From an uncultured delta proteobacterium (GTDB lineage: Bacteria > Myxococcota_A > Polyangia > Polyangiales > Polyangiaceae): a stretch of 64,000 bases of DNA. The stretch lies in NCBI GenBank assembly GCA_963696385.1, contig CAVOKF010000003.1, positions 64,001 to 128,000 of the forward strand, read 5' to 3'. The translations under genes were made by a program, and so were the position numbers. Below, piece after piece: positions 17,785 to 28,832 of the stretch (its first letter is position 1; every line of letters starts with the position of its first letter). The notes below the pieces were generated by a model that saw only the letters and a list, made by a program, of their open reading frames with translations, had not been told where the DNA came from and made no database searches.

Positions 17785-17999
17785 GAATCGCGTGCTGCTG
17801 CTTGACGTCACCCGCACCGGTCCTCACGGCCGAGGTAGACTCGGGGCCCCGAGCCTCGGCGGCCTCGAAGTCATGCGGTGGCACATACTGGCCGAGTCAT
17901 TCCCCGCGTTTTCCCGGCGAATTTCTGATATTTTTGATGGTTCGGTTTTTGCTTTATTGCCGGTTCACGATGCCGTTCGCCTGCTTACCGTTTCGCCGA

Positions 18000-19502
18000 A
18001 TGCGGCGAAACTCGCCGTGCGTCGTGGACGCACTGCACCATGGCCGTTTTGTCGGGGTCGTGATCGCGGTGTTCGGCTTCGCTGGATGCCAGGGCCGGGT
18101 CACGAACGGACCCGCAGACGGGACGAGCGCGGACGCCTGCTTCATTTCCGCGTCCAATTACGACCAGTCGTGCACCGTCGATACAGACTGTGCGATCGTC
18201 TCGTCCGGAAACTACTGCGCTACCCATAGGTGCCTCTGCGGCGGATCGGCCATTAACGTTGGGGCTCTCGCGCAGTTCAACGCGGACGTTGCGAAGGAAC
18301 CGGTCTCTTTGCCGTGCTCCTGTCCGGGGTCGTTGTCTGCGCCGTGTTGTCGGAATGGCACGTGCCAGGACGGATGCGGCGCGTCCACGAGCGCTGTCGG
18401 CAGCTCGTCCACGAATGGATCGTCTGCGATAGGGCCAGGTTGCCTTGGATCACCCGGCGAAAGCTGCTCTCCGTACGCCGAGGGGACCGTGTGCCCGGGG
18501 CCTCCGACGGTCTGCGTCCCCTGCGGTGCCGGGGTGTACACGCCCTCCGAGTCGTTCTGCCGGTGCACGTCGAGCACCTGGGATTGCGCTCCTCCCGCCG
18601 CGGGGCAGGTGCAATGTCCGAGCCCCGTTTCGAACGCCGACTTCTACGTCGATCCCTCGTGCTCGGTGCCGTACGGCGCCGATGCGGGGCCAGATGCGGG
18701 TTACGAGGGCGCGCCCGATGATGGGAGCGTTGAAACGGGAGCCGGCGACGGCGGCTCCTACACCGGCGCGATCTTGGCCTTGGTGGGCGTCCCGGGACCG
18801 TCCCCTTTCGTTGCGGCATACGACGTCCAGGCTGGGTTCTCAGCCTTCGCCGAAAACATCGAGTTTCTCTACCCCACAACGACGCCCAACACCGGCTGCT
18901 CGTGCACCCATGGAATCGGGATCGGGGATCCAGGGCCGGAGGAACTGTCCGCAGGCACGATCACCGTCACGGTCGCCGACGGGGGTCCCGTCCTCGCGGC
19001 GCTGATGCCGACCGGCACCACGTTCGTCTACGGAGAAGCTTCGGCGAGCGCATGGGGCCCGGGTGAAGTGCTCGCGGTTTCGGCACAAGGGTACCCTGGT
19101 CAGGTGAAAGCGTTCTCGACGACCCTTCAGACAGCGGCGCCCTTTTCCGGAGTCATGCCCGCCATCGGTGCAGCGCCGGTGACCATTTTGCTCAGCGCCG
19201 ACTTCAGCGTCTCGTGGACACCCCAGGCAAAAGCTAACGAGTTCGTCAGCCTCTCAATCAACCAAACGAGTACGTTGGCGGCGGCGCAGTGCACGTGCAA
19301 CGGGCCCGAGTCGGTGGGCACGATCACCGTGCCCGCCAGCTCCCTCGCCGACTACTTCGCGCCGTCTTCTTCAGGTTCATCGAGCACGGCCTCGGCCACA
19401 GTCTACTTGACACGGACGGTCATCTCGACCGTCCTCACCGAGACGGCTACGGTCTACCTCATCGGTCGGGCCTCGCTATACGGTGGTGCGGAATTCCAGT
19501 GA
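18000..19502 (+). CDS. Cys-rich lipoprotein
   Basis: Lipobox FAGC; ISASNYDQSCTVDTDC motif; DAG linker; beta-rich C-domain; start uncertain. Confidence 0.75.
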   Translation: MRRNSPCVVDALHHGRFVGVVIAVFGFAGCQGRVTNGPADGTSADACFISASNYDQSCTVDTDCAIVSSGNYCATHRCLCGGSAINVGALAQFNADVAKEPVSLPCSCPGSLSAPCCRNGTCQDGCGASTSAVGSSSTNGSSAIGPGCLGSPGESCSPYAEGTVCPGPPTVCVPCGAGVYTPSESFCRCTSSTWDCAPPAAGQVQCPSPVSNADFYVDPSCSVPYGADAGPDAGYEGAPDDGSVETGAGDGGSYTGAILALVGVPGPSPFVAAYDVQAGFSAFAENIEFLYPTTTPNTGCSCTHGIGIGDPGPEELSAGTITVTVADGGPVLAALMPTGTTFVYGEASASAWGPGEVLAVSAQGYPGQVKAFSTTLQTAAPFSGVMPAIGAAPVTILLSADFSVSWTPQAKANEFVSLSINQTSTLAAAQCTCNGPESVGTITVPASSLADYFAPSSSGSSSTASATVYLTRTVISTVLTETATVYLIGRASLYGGAEFQ

Positions 19503-19690
19503 CTCACGACTATAGTGAACCTCGGTTTCCTAATCCGAAGGCCACTCATCTCGCGTCCGCTTGATCTCGAACCGTATGCGGTGCCCCAGCCAACGGCTGG
19601 GCCCTTGACGGCGTCCGCGTATGCCCCGGGGACGGCCACCGTGTCGCCGCGGGGTATGCTCGAATTCGTGCCCAATTTCGATGGATCCGC

Positions 19691-20584
19691 GTGGCCGGTT
19701 ACACACGAGGACTCCGAGGCACCCGCAACGTGAAACCCCGTGGCGATGCGTACACTGCAACGAGCGTCGGACACGAACCGCACGTTCGTGTCGAGCAAGC
19801 CGCCGACGAGCTGTACGCGTTGCCGCTCAACGCGTTCGTCGATCGGCGGCAGGCGCTCGCGAAGGCGCTCCGCGACCGGGGCGATCCCGCAGGGGCGAAG
19901 CGGATCGGAGCGATGGCGAAGCCCTCCGTCTCGGCATGGGCCGTCAATCAACTTTGGTGGTCGCACCGCGAACCGTTCGAGGAGCTCCTCAGGAGCGCCC
20001 AATCCCTGCTCGAGAGTGCGGACGCCCGCCCGGCGTTCGAGGCCCAGATGCGGGCCCTGCGAGAGAGCGCGCGCGACGTCCTCGTGAGGGCCGGACACGG
20101 CGGCAATGCGACGCTCTTGCGGCGGGTCGCGACGACGCTGCACGCGATCGCCGCGGCCGGCTCGTTCGCACCCGACGCCAGCGGGCGGTTGGTCGCCGAT
20201 CGAGACCCGCCAGGCTTCGAAGCCATGGAGGGAGTCGCGTGGGCGACGAAGGAGCGGGAGCCCGCCGATCCTCCGAAGGACGAGCGACCGCAACGCACTG
20301 CGCTGTCGCCGACGGCGAAGGAACAAGCGCGGCGAGCGGCCGATGAGAAGGAAAGGGCGATCCTCGCGGCGAAGCGCGAAGTCGACGGACTGCGCAAGCA
20401 GCTCTCGCAGGCCGAGAGCGTGATCGCACTCGCGGACCACGATCTCGAGGCGCTAGCTGCCACGCAAGCGAAGATCGACGCAGAACGCGGGAGGCTCCAG
20501 AGCACGAAGGCGCAAGTCGAACACCAAGCCGGCAAGGCTCGAGCGAGGATCGAGGAGCTCGAGCGCTCGCTTCGCCGACGATAG
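19691..20584 (+). CDS. Conserved hypothetical protein with C-terminal coiled coil
   Basis: DELYALPLNAFVDRR...KPSVSAWAVNQL motif. Confidence 0.75.
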   Translation: MAGYTRGLRGTRNVKPRGDAYTATSVGHEPHVRVEQAADELYALPLNAFVDRRQALAKALRDRGDPAGAKRIGAMAKPSVSAWAVNQLWWSHREPFEELLRSAQSLLESADARPAFEAQMRALRESARDVLVRAGHGGNATLLRRVATTLHAIAAAGSFAPDASGRLVADRDPPGFEAMEGVAWATKEREPADPPKDERPQRTALSPTAKEQARRAADEKERAILAAKREVDGLRKQLSQAESVIALADHDLEALAATQAKIDAERGRLQSTKAQVEHQAGKARARIEELERSLRRR

Positions 20585-20678
20585 GCGGAGCGGCACCGAT
20601 GAGCCGACGCCGGCCCCAAATGACTAGACCGCCTCGGTCCGGCTCCACACCGGGCGCTTTTTGCCGATGGTGCGAACC

Positions 20679-22098
20679 CTACCTTGTCCGCCGAGCATCG
20701 AACTCGATCACGTTCGAGGGAACTCTTGCGCGCCGCCGATCTTCAATCCGCGAGCTCAGCGTCCGCGCCACGTCGACTAGCCCCAGCCTCATGGCGTCGA
20801 GAATGCCGCGTTCGAGCTCGGCGTCGGTGACGCTTTCGGATTCGGAAGTTTGAACGGTCGCGAGTTGGTTTGAACAGAGATGGCTCGACGCGTTTCGGAC
20901 GTCGGCAGTCTCTCGGCAACCGCAATCGCCGAGCGCTTCGCACGTGTTCGATGCGGTTGCTTGTGAGCATTCAATTCCCGTTGGGGTCACAACATTGCTC
21001 AATAAAATCGGTGTGTTGCAAACTTGTCGGACTCCGGACTGTGCCACAGACCGTGAAACCGCTCCTTCGAGGAGCAAGCTCGGAGGCAGCGGTGGGTGCG
21101 CGATCCCGAAGCTCGTGCGCAGCACCATCGCTTGGTCGACGTACCGCTGCGTGACCTCGTAAGAGGTGTGACCGGCCGCGGCGAGCAGCCATTGAAGGGG
21201 CTTGCCAGCAACGGCCCAGTGCGTGAGGCACCTGTGACGGAGTCCGTGAAATGTGAAATGCTGGCGCGCGCCGTCGTCGGCGTAGAGCTCCTCGTGCGTG
21301 CATCCGGCTGTGCGCAGGTCTTTGCGGACAAGCTCCGCGCAGTCTTCGGGAGGCGGCACGTGCAACAACGGCTTGCCCGGCTCGGCGCGGTCCGATAGCG
21401 CGACCAACAACGGGCGTAGCGTGGGCTCGATCGGCACCGGACGGCGCCCCGCACGGGTCTTGGTTCGCGCGATCGCCCTTCCTGCCCGGTTCTGCCGCCG
21501 GACGTGGATGACATCGTGTTCCAGATCCACCCCTTCTTGCGTCAGGGCGCGCAGTTCGCCGGCGCGCAGTCCGGCGTATGCTGCGACCGCGTAGAGGATG
21601 CGTCGGCGGTGCGGAACCGCCTTGCAGCCAAGCAATGCGAGGATCTCGGACGGATAGAGGGCGGTTTGCTCGCGCACGTCGTCGGAATTGGGCGGCTGAA
21701 CCCGCGCGTCGGGTCGTCGGCTCGCACGCGCAGCGTGTCGTGCTTGCTCGTCGATGCCTCGCGAAACCCCGCGGTCAGCTCGCCCCAGATGTTGCGCGCC
21801 GCCTTCGCCGATAGGCCTGGCCTGCGACCGCGCTCCTGTTTGGTCCCCGTATCGTAAAAGCTCTGCCGGATCCGGATTTGTTGGTCGAGTGCCGTAACGA
21901 CCGGACGGAGTGCATCCGGTGCGAGAGTGGCAATGGGCTGACGGCCGATAAATGGCTCAATCCACCTCTCGAATCGCCGACGACGATCGCGAGCCGACAC
22001 CTGGGGGGCACCGCGGTTTTTGCGGCCGACATCGCCCTTCGCAATCGAGCGACGCGCCGGATGAATACGACCTCCACCTTGGGCTCCACCAATTCCAC
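20679..22098 (-). pseudogene. Frameshifted tyrosine integrase
   Basis: GLRAGELRAL, FHGLRH, GHTSYEVTQRY in one frame; SAM-like region in another, shift near 21700. Confidence 0.85.
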
Positions 22099-22299
22099 GT
22101 ACCGCCCGACGATGTTCGTAAGTCTGTAAACGCTCTTTTGGCGAAACGCGGATTAGAGCTTATCCCTTACCGGATCAACGCTCAAATCGGTTCGCCGCGG
22201 AGCGCGATCGTGGTCGCGAGCGGTCTCCGCTTCAGCCAAACCGCGGAACCGGACATGGGATGCTAGGTTTTCGTCCGGGGTACCAGCTTTCTTGCGAAC

Positions 22300-22560
22300 G
22301 TCCCTGGCGGATCGAGTCGTCAAGTTTCCGGACGACGTTCCGGTCGGCCCTGCCGAAATCGTCGTTCTGACGCCGGCGCCCGAGAAAGCCCCCGCAGACC
22401 GCGTCGCCCTTGTGCGCGAGCTTCAATGAACGTCGCCTCGCCAGACGACCGACAGCGGCGACCTTCTACGGGCAGACCGAGAGGCCCGGTGAAGCTGGTC
22501 GTGAACACCTCCGTCGCGGCGGAGGTGCTCTCGCCGGTATGGGGCGCAGGCAACACCCGC
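22300..22560 (+). pseudogene. Degraded VapBC-type toxin-antitoxin pair
   Basis: FPDDVPVGPAEIVVL...TDSGDLLRADREAR* overlapping VKLVVNTSVAAEVL (PIN-like start), truncated. Confidence 0.5.
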
Positions 22561-22563
22561 TCC

Positions 22564-23247
22564 CTAGGCGAGCACGCGAGCGAGCACGAAGCCGTCGTGG
22601 CCCTTGCTCCCCACGGTTTGGAGCGCCGTCGCGGCCAGGCGTGGCTCGCGCGCGATCGCTTCGAAGAGGCGGCGAGTGCCCCGGATGCTCGGGTCGTCGC
22701 TCGCAGCGTCGAGGATGCCCCCGGCACGAACGACGTTGTCGACGACGATGACGCTACCCGGCCGCGTGAGCCGCAGTGCCCAATTCAGGTATTCGCTGTT
22801 GCTGGGTTTGTCGGCGTCGATGAAGACGAGGTCGAACGGCCCGCGTCGTTCTTCCGCGAGCTTGGGGAGCGTGTCTAGCGCCCGACCGACGAGCACCTCG
22901 ACGAGGCTCGCAAGGCCTGCGCGCGACACATTCGCACGCGCGACCTCTGCGTGCTTGGCGTTCACCTCGAGCGTGACGAGTCGACCCCCCACCGGCAGGG
23001 CGCGCGCCAGCCAAATGGTACTGTAGCCGCCGAGAGTGCCGACCTCGAGAATCGTGCGAGCACCCTGCACCTGAGCGATCAACTGCAGCAGCTTGCCCTG
23101 GTTCGGCGCGACATCGATCGCGGGGAGCCCGGCCGCAGCGTTCGCTCGCAGCGCCTCCTCGAGCGCCGGATCGGGCGGCAGGAGGGCGCCGGTCAAGTAG
23201 CGGTCGACCGCGATCCATTCGTCTCGTGGTTCCATGGATCGCTTCAT
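22564..23247 (-). CDS. SAM-dependent O-methyltransferase (Methyltransf_3)
   Basis: LEVGTLGGYSTIW, FDLVFIDADK, VVDNVV. Confidence 0.93.
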   Translation of the reverse strand: MKRSMEPRDEWIAVDRYLTGALLPPDPALEEALRANAAAGLPAIDVAPNQGKLLQLIAQVQGARTILEVGTLGGYSTIWLARALPVGGRLVTLEVNAKHAEVARANVSRAGLASLVEVLVGRALDTLPKLAEERRGPFDLVFIDADKPSNSEYLNWALRLTRPGSVIVVDNVVRAGGILDAASDDPSIRGTRRLFEAIAREPRLAATALQTVGSKGHDGFVLARVLA

Positions 23248-23404
23248 ACCTCACGCGCGTGGTCGGGCCCGCATGCGTTGGCTCTTTTGTCACTGTTTGT
23301 GCTTTCTCTGGCCGACTCTGGGCCTCGACCGAGTACGGCGCCGCGCTTCGCCACCCTCCCGAGATAGATTGGGGCCCCGTGGGTCGTCGTCGGATCGTGA
23401 CTCG

Positions 23405-24170
23405 TTTCCTCGGATATTCGTGCGTAGATACGTAATGTCCCCACTCCACACTTGATCGGGCCCGTCCGCCTCGTGGGTATCGAGAGGACGGGGCACGGGT
23501 GCCTTGGCTTTTTCCTCGGTGAACGAGCTGTCCTTCGGCTTTGAGAAGCCGATAAAACGTCGACTCGGACGCGAAGTATCATCCCGCGTCAGCGAGCTTC
23601 GGAACGATTTGCTTGGGCGACAGGTCACGGTGCTCGGGCCGGTAGCCAAAACAAGTACGTCGGCTCGGTCTTGGTCAGTAAGCGCGTTGGGCGGACGCGT
23701 GTTCGGCCCATGGCGCCCATCGTCGCTATCGGGGTCCGCGCGCCATCGCTCCTATGTCCGAGTCGAGAGGTTCGCGATGGCGCAGCTGCGTTCGAGGCAG
23801 GCGCCGGCCGCCACGGCTTCGTTCACGGCGGGCACGACTACAACTCGGTCGGCTCGCTTGTGCCATCGTCCTCGTCCCCCAAGACACTGCCGATTTTTAA
23901 GCATGAGCAGCGCCGCAGCCTCCGCAAGCGCTCGGTCCTTGCGTCGGAGTTCCCGCTCCAGCTCCTTCACGCGCCGGCCATGGCCACCGGTGCTCACGCC
24001 GGATGCGCCGCGGCCCGCGAGCCCGGCGAGCATCGCCGCGCGCCACTCGTCCAGCTGCGCGCGATGAAGACCATGCGTCCGCAGCCATGCCCCGAGCTCT
24101 TCCTCCGACAGCTGGCTGGCCTGCGGCACGGCTGTCAAACGCCTCTCGGCTGTATCCGTCTTCGCCACCT
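23405..24170 (-). mobile_element. IS3-family transposase remnant
   Basis: OrfA ELERELRRKDRALAEAAALL and OrfB GPDQVWSGDITYL, with stops and frameshifts, truncated. Confidence 0.85.
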
Positions 24171-24199
24171 GCGGCTCCTTCGTTACCGTGACCTTGGCG

Positions 24200-24785
24200 C
24201 GAATCGGCCCCGCCTGCCGTAACCACGATCGCGCGCCCGGAGCCGCATGCATGACCGGCTGTCACGCACTTGCAGCGGGCGCGAACTGGCGTGAAGCAGC
24301 AATATCCTTTCGTCCACCCGCTCCACGTGAGCCCGGACCGACGCCACAAGCCCGGCGAGACTCACCGACCGGAGCGCGGTCGCCATGGCCGCGGCGGCCG
24401 CTACTGAGCTGGCAACGCCTATGGGGTGCCTGTGGGTGAGCCCGCTCTGCGCCGCGGCCGCGCGGACCAGGGCATCTACGACCTCAGCGAAGTAAAGGCC
24501 AAACGGCGCGGCGCGCATCGCGGCGCCGCATCCCTTGGAGCCGGCGACTCCCCTCGAAGCGGGATGCGAGGCGGCGCTTGTGCGATCGATCGCAACCGGC
24601 AGATGCTCGCCATCCTCGACCGCGTCGAGCAGACCCTGGACTTGGCAACCGACGGCGTCTGCTCGGTGCTCGGCGGCGCTTGGGTCGGCGAGGAAGCGGT
24701 CGCGACCGCTTGTGGTGCGTTCTTCGTTCCGAGGGTGACTTCCGGGCCGCCGTGCTCTTGGGTGCCAACTCGCTCGCGTTCATGA
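24200..24785 (+). pseudogene. ADP-ribosylglycohydrolase remnant with internally inverted segment
   Basis: RAPGAAC...WRE (+), GSKGCGAAMRAAP...LTHRHP (-), LGGAWVGEEAVA (+). Confidence 0.8.
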
Positions 24786-24906
24786 GCGCCCGCTTGCCGA
24801 GGATCGGGCTTTGGTCCGGAGGTGGGCTTGCGCGACGGCCGGGCATTATCCGGGATGCCCGCACACACTGAACACTTGACCTGTGCCGGTAGGCCCGGGT
24901 AGTTTC

Positions 24907-25329
24907 ATGCACGAAAAAGAGGGGCGAGATGCCAAGGGACCGTTTGAAGTAACCCTTGCTCGGCAGAAGGCGGACAACCCCCAAGCCGTGGCGTCTGGTC
25001 ACGGACGCTTGTCGATCGACAAGCACTTCCAGGGGGAGCTCGAGGCAACAAGCCAGGGCGAGATGCTGAGCTTTATGACCAGCACCAAAGGTTCTGCCGG
25101 CTACGTCGCAATCGAGAAGGTGGCAGGAACACTCGGCGGGCGCAAAGGTACCTTCGTTCTTCAGCACAGCGGCACGATGAACCGCGGGGGACAGCAGCTC
25201 AGCGTTACCGTCGTGGCTGACTCGGGTACCGACGAACTGACGGGGCTCTCCGGCACCATGAAGATCATCATCGCACCGGACGGAAAGCACTCGTACGAGA
25301 TGGAGTACACGTTCGCCGGGACGGATTGA
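24907..25329 (+). CDS. DUF3224 family protein
   Basis: SAGYVAIE, GTFVLQHSG, DSGTDELTGLSG. Confidence 0.9.
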   Translation: MHEKEGRDAKGPFEVTLARQKADNPQAVASGHGRLSIDKHFQGELEATSQGEMLSFMTSTKGSAGYVAIEKVAGTLGGRKGTFVLQHSGTMNRGGQQLSVTVVADSGTDELTGLSGTMKIIIAPDGKHSYEMEYTFAGTD

Positions 25330-25553
25330 CCTGTGACTTGCGCGAACCGCGAGACGGCGGAGGCTCCGCGGTCGCCGCCCTGCTCGCGGCGCCCGTCCTC
25401 CCTTCTCTTCCGCGATCGGCTTGCTTCGTGCTGCCGATGGCGACGACGGGGCTGACGGCGCAGCCTGGCAAGCAGCGCGCGGTGTGGGGCCACCCGAAGG
25501 GTGGGGACGAAAAACTTCCAGCTTTGGCTACTTCCTGAAATGATGCTGTTTGC

Positions 25554-25997
25554 GTGCGTCGCTCTGCTCTTCTTGCGTTAGCCATGGTTACGGCTTGTGG
25601 ACCCAAGCAGCCTGCAATGCGCGAGGCCATAGCCGAGTCAGCGACCGCTTCCCCCGCGCGAGCGGTTCAGGTCGTGAACGCGACGATCCTCGCCAACGAC
25701 TGCCAGAGGCTCGGTCGGGCGAATGCGGAGATGGCCGAGCATGCGATGTTGGATCTCGTGGAAGGCTGCTCTTCAATCCCAAACGGCTCCGCTAGGTTTG
25801 AGGCAACGCTGCAGACCGGCGGCCGCATCGAAATCGCAGCCGCGCCAGGTCAGCCCGGCGTCGTGCCGATATGTGTCCTCAAGCACGCACTTGTGCACAA
25901 GGTGCCGCTGTTAAAGCCCTGTCGTCTCGACGTCAGAATGGAGGAGACGCGCTTGCCGATTGGGCCCGATGCCGGACTGGCAGGCGGAACGCATTGA
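25554..25997 (+). CDS. Lipoprotein
   Basis: Lipobox VTAC. Confidence 0.7.
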   Translation: MRRSALLALAMVTACGPKQPAMREAIAESATASPARAVQVVNATILANDCQRLGRANAEMAEHAMLDLVEGCSSIPNGSARFEATLQTGGRIEIAAAPGQPGVVPICVLKHALVHKVPLLKPCRLDVRMEETRLPIGPDAGLAGGTH

Positions 25998-26113
25998 TGC
26001 GTCCCAGCCGACGTACTCTTGCGTATCCGAGGCAGAAACCGAAGAGCTGCGGATCGAGTCGCGGGGACAGGGACGCGGCATCGGGACGCAAGTTGATGTA
26101 GGCATCTCTGCGG

Positions 26114-27196
26114 ATGGCGCCGCCGCAACCGGAGCTTACCGCAACCCTCGAAGCGGCTCTTGTACGAGAGCTGCTCGCGGCGTGGCATCAGCTGAACAGC
26201 GCGCATTTTCGAAGCGCGCTTTCGCCTCCGACGCTGGAGATCGTCCTGAACCATTCCACGTTGGGACGTTGGCTTCCGCGCACTCGGACCTTGGAAATTT
26301 CGCGCTCTCTCGTGATCGAGCGACCCTGGGGCGCGGTGATCGAGGTGCTCAAACACGAGATGGCGCACCAATACGTGCACGAAATTCTCAGCGAAACTTC
26401 CGAGGCGCCGCACGGACGTGCATTCCGGGAGACGTGCGCGCGCCTCGGCGTTGATGTACGGGCTTCGGGGGTTCCGGAGGGGCGACCGGGCTCGTCCGAA
26501 GACCGAGTCGTCGATCGCATCGCTCGTTTGCTCGCGCTCGCCGAAAGCCCAAACCGCAACGAAGCAGAGGCCGCTATGTCGGCGGCACATCGGCTGATGC
26601 TCAAGCACAACCTCGACGTCGTCCACGCGCCTGGCGCCCGAAACTACGGGTTCATCCAACTTGGCCAGGCCACTGGACGCGTGGCGGAGCACGAGCGCCT
26701 CGTCGCGATGATCCTCGGCAAACATTTTTTCGTCGAGGTTATCTGGGTGCCCGTCTATCGCCCGCTCGTCGGAAAGCGTGGCAGCATTCTGGAAGTTTGC
26801 GGAGCGGCCTGGAACCTCGCAACCGCTGAATATGTTCACGGTTTTTTGCATCAGACAGCGCTGCGTCTCTGGCGCGATCATAAGCGCCTGCACGGGATCG
26901 GATCCGACCGTGAACAACGTGCCTTTCTAGCTGGTGTCATGATCGGGTTCGCAGACAAGCTGTCGCGCCAAACTGCGCGCAGCCGCGCGGAAGGACTCGT
27001 CTGGATCCGCGACGGCGACCTTGACGGCTACTTTCGAAGGCGTCACCCGTACGTCCGGCATGTGCGACACGCCGGCCAGCCTCGTACCGACGCGTGGGCG
27101 AAGGGTCGCGAGGCCGGACACCGCATTGTGCTGCATCGACCGATGGAAGCGACCTCGGTTTCCCGCGGACGCCTCCTGCCGCCGAGCAAGCGATGA
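26114..27196 (+). CDS. SprT-like metalloprotease fused to DUF2786
   Basis: LKHEMAHQ...HGRAF; RIARLLALAESPNRNEAEAA. Confidence 0.85.
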   Translation: MAPPQPELTATLEAALVRELLAAWHQLNSAHFRSALSPPTLEIVLNHSTLGRWLPRTRTLEISRSLVIERPWGAVIEVLKHEMAHQYVHEILSETSEAPHGRAFRETCARLGVDVRASGVPEGRPGSSEDRVVDRIARLLALAESPNRNEAEAAMSAAHRLMLKHNLDVVHAPGARNYGFIQLGQATGRVAEHERLVAMILGKHFFVEVIWVPVYRPLVGKRGSILEVCGAAWNLATAEYVHGFLHQTALRLWRDHKRLHGIGSDREQRAFLAGVMIGFADKLSRQTARSRAEGLVWIRDGDLDGYFRRRHPYVRHVRHAGQPRTDAWAKGREAGHRIVLHRPMEATSVSRGRLLPPSKR

Positions 27197-27260
27197 CGGC
27201 TCCACGCGCCGACTTGTATGCTCGTCGCCGGCCGATGTACCGTTCGGTTCGAAGATCGAA

Positions 27261-28568
27261 GTGAGCGTCACGAAGCCGACGAACGCCGACGTAACAGCGA
27301 GGTACCGGCAATACCTGTTTCCGAGTGCCGCGACCTACTACGCCGAGCCGGTCGCGATCGAGAGCGGCCGCGGAATGTTGGTGCGGGACTTCGACGGCAA
27401 TGCGTACCTCGATTTTTTTGGCGGCATTCTCACAGTCGGCCTGGGGCATAGCGACGAGCGAGTGAACGGTGCGGCGCGCGCACAGATGGATCGCTTCGGG
27501 CACGTTTCGACCCTCTACCCCAACCTCCCGCTGGTCGAGCTTGCGGAGAAGCTCGTCAAGCTGGCGCCTGGGCAGCTCGAGAAGGCCTTTTTCTGCACCA
27601 GTGGCACCGAGGCGAACGAAACTGCGGCTGCGCTCGCCCAGGCGCACACGGGGGCATTGGATCTGATTGCGCTACGCCACGGATACTCCGGCCGATCTTT
27701 GCTGGCTCAGGCGCTCGGCGGGAGCTCGAAGTACCGAGCCGTTCCCACGCAAGTCGCTGCGGTTCGCCATGCCCACGCACCGTACTGCTACCGATGTCCG
27801 TTTGGGCGGACGTATCCGAGTTGTGAACTCAAATGCGCACAGGACATCGAAGATCTCATTCAGACCACTACAGCGGGGCCCATCGCGGGGATCATCGTCG
27901 AGCCCATCTTGGGCGTCGGCGGCTTCATCACCCCTCCCAAGGGATGGATGAAGCTGGCGAGCGATATCGTGCGACGGTACGGCGGACTTTTCATCTGCGA
28001 CGAGGTGCAGACGGGCTTCGGGCGAACCGGTGCCATGTGGGGCGTCGAGCATGAAGAACTCCAACCGGACGTGATGACTGCGGCAAAGGGAATCGCGAAC
28101 GGGTACCCGATTAGTGCGATCGTCACGACGACAGCGATTGCTGCTGCATGGAGGTCGGGGAACGTGTCGACGTTTGGCGGTAATGCGATCTCCTGTGCCG
28201 CAGCCAATGCGACCATCGATGCGATCGTGGACGACAAGCTCGTCGACAATGCAGCGAAGATGGGGGCTGTATTGCGTGTGGGGCTCGAACATCTCAAGAC
28301 GAAGTACGCTGTCATCGGTGATGTGCGTGGACGCGGATTGATGCAGGGCGTCGAGATCGTTCGGGACCAGAGGGCGGGCGATCGATCGCCCGACGCCGAT
28401 GCGACCCTTCGCCTTCTAGAGGAGACCAAGGCGCGCGGACTGCTCATCGGCCGCGGCGGCCTCTCGGGCAACGTTCTGCGCGTGGCTCCCGCGCTCATCG
28501 TTACCCGTCGACAGATCGATGACGCGCTGGAGGTCCTGGACCTCGCATTCGCCGCGATCGAACGATGA
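27261..28568 (+). CDS. Class III aminotransferase (GABA-T/AGXT2-like)
   Basis: SGTEANE, DEVQTGFGRTG, AKGIANG. Confidence 0.93.
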   Translation: MSVTKPTNADVTARYRQYLFPSAATYYAEPVAIESGRGMLVRDFDGNAYLDFFGGILTVGLGHSDERVNGAARAQMDRFGHVSTLYPNLPLVELAEKLVKLAPGQLEKAFFCTSGTEANETAAALAQAHTGALDLIALRHGYSGRSLLAQALGGSSKYRAVPTQVAAVRHAHAPYCYRCPFGRTYPSCELKCAQDIEDLIQTTTAGPIAGIIVEPILGVGGFITPPKGWMKLASDIVRRYGGLFICDEVQTGFGRTGAMWGVEHEELQPDVMTAAKGIANGYPISAIVTTTAIAAAWRSGNVSTFGGNAISCAAANATIDAIVDDKLVDNAAKMGAVLRVGLEHLKTKYAVIGDVRGRGLMQGVEIVRDQRAGDRSPDADATLRLLEETKARGLLIGRGGLSGNVLRVAPALIVTRRQIDDALEVLDLAFAAIER

Positions 28569-28832
28569 GCGGTGGATCACACGTCGAGTTTGAACTGACG
28601 CGTCTTGCGCTCGAGGCGCTCGAAGCGACGTCGGGATCACACGTCGAGTTTGAACTGACGCGTCTTGCGCTCGAGGCGCTCGAAGCGACGTCGGGGGTTA
28701 CCGGTCGACAGATCGATGACGCGTTGTAGATCCTGGAGCTCGCATTCGCCGCGATCGAACGATGAGCGGTGGATCACACGTCGAGTTTGAACTGACGCGT
28801 CTTGCGCTCGAGGCGCTCGAAGCGACGTCGGG
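28500..28832. repeat. Duplicated junction of convergent genes
   Basis: 62-bp unit x3 (28574, 28634, 28771); 74-bp unit x2 (28500, 28697). Confidence 0.9.
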
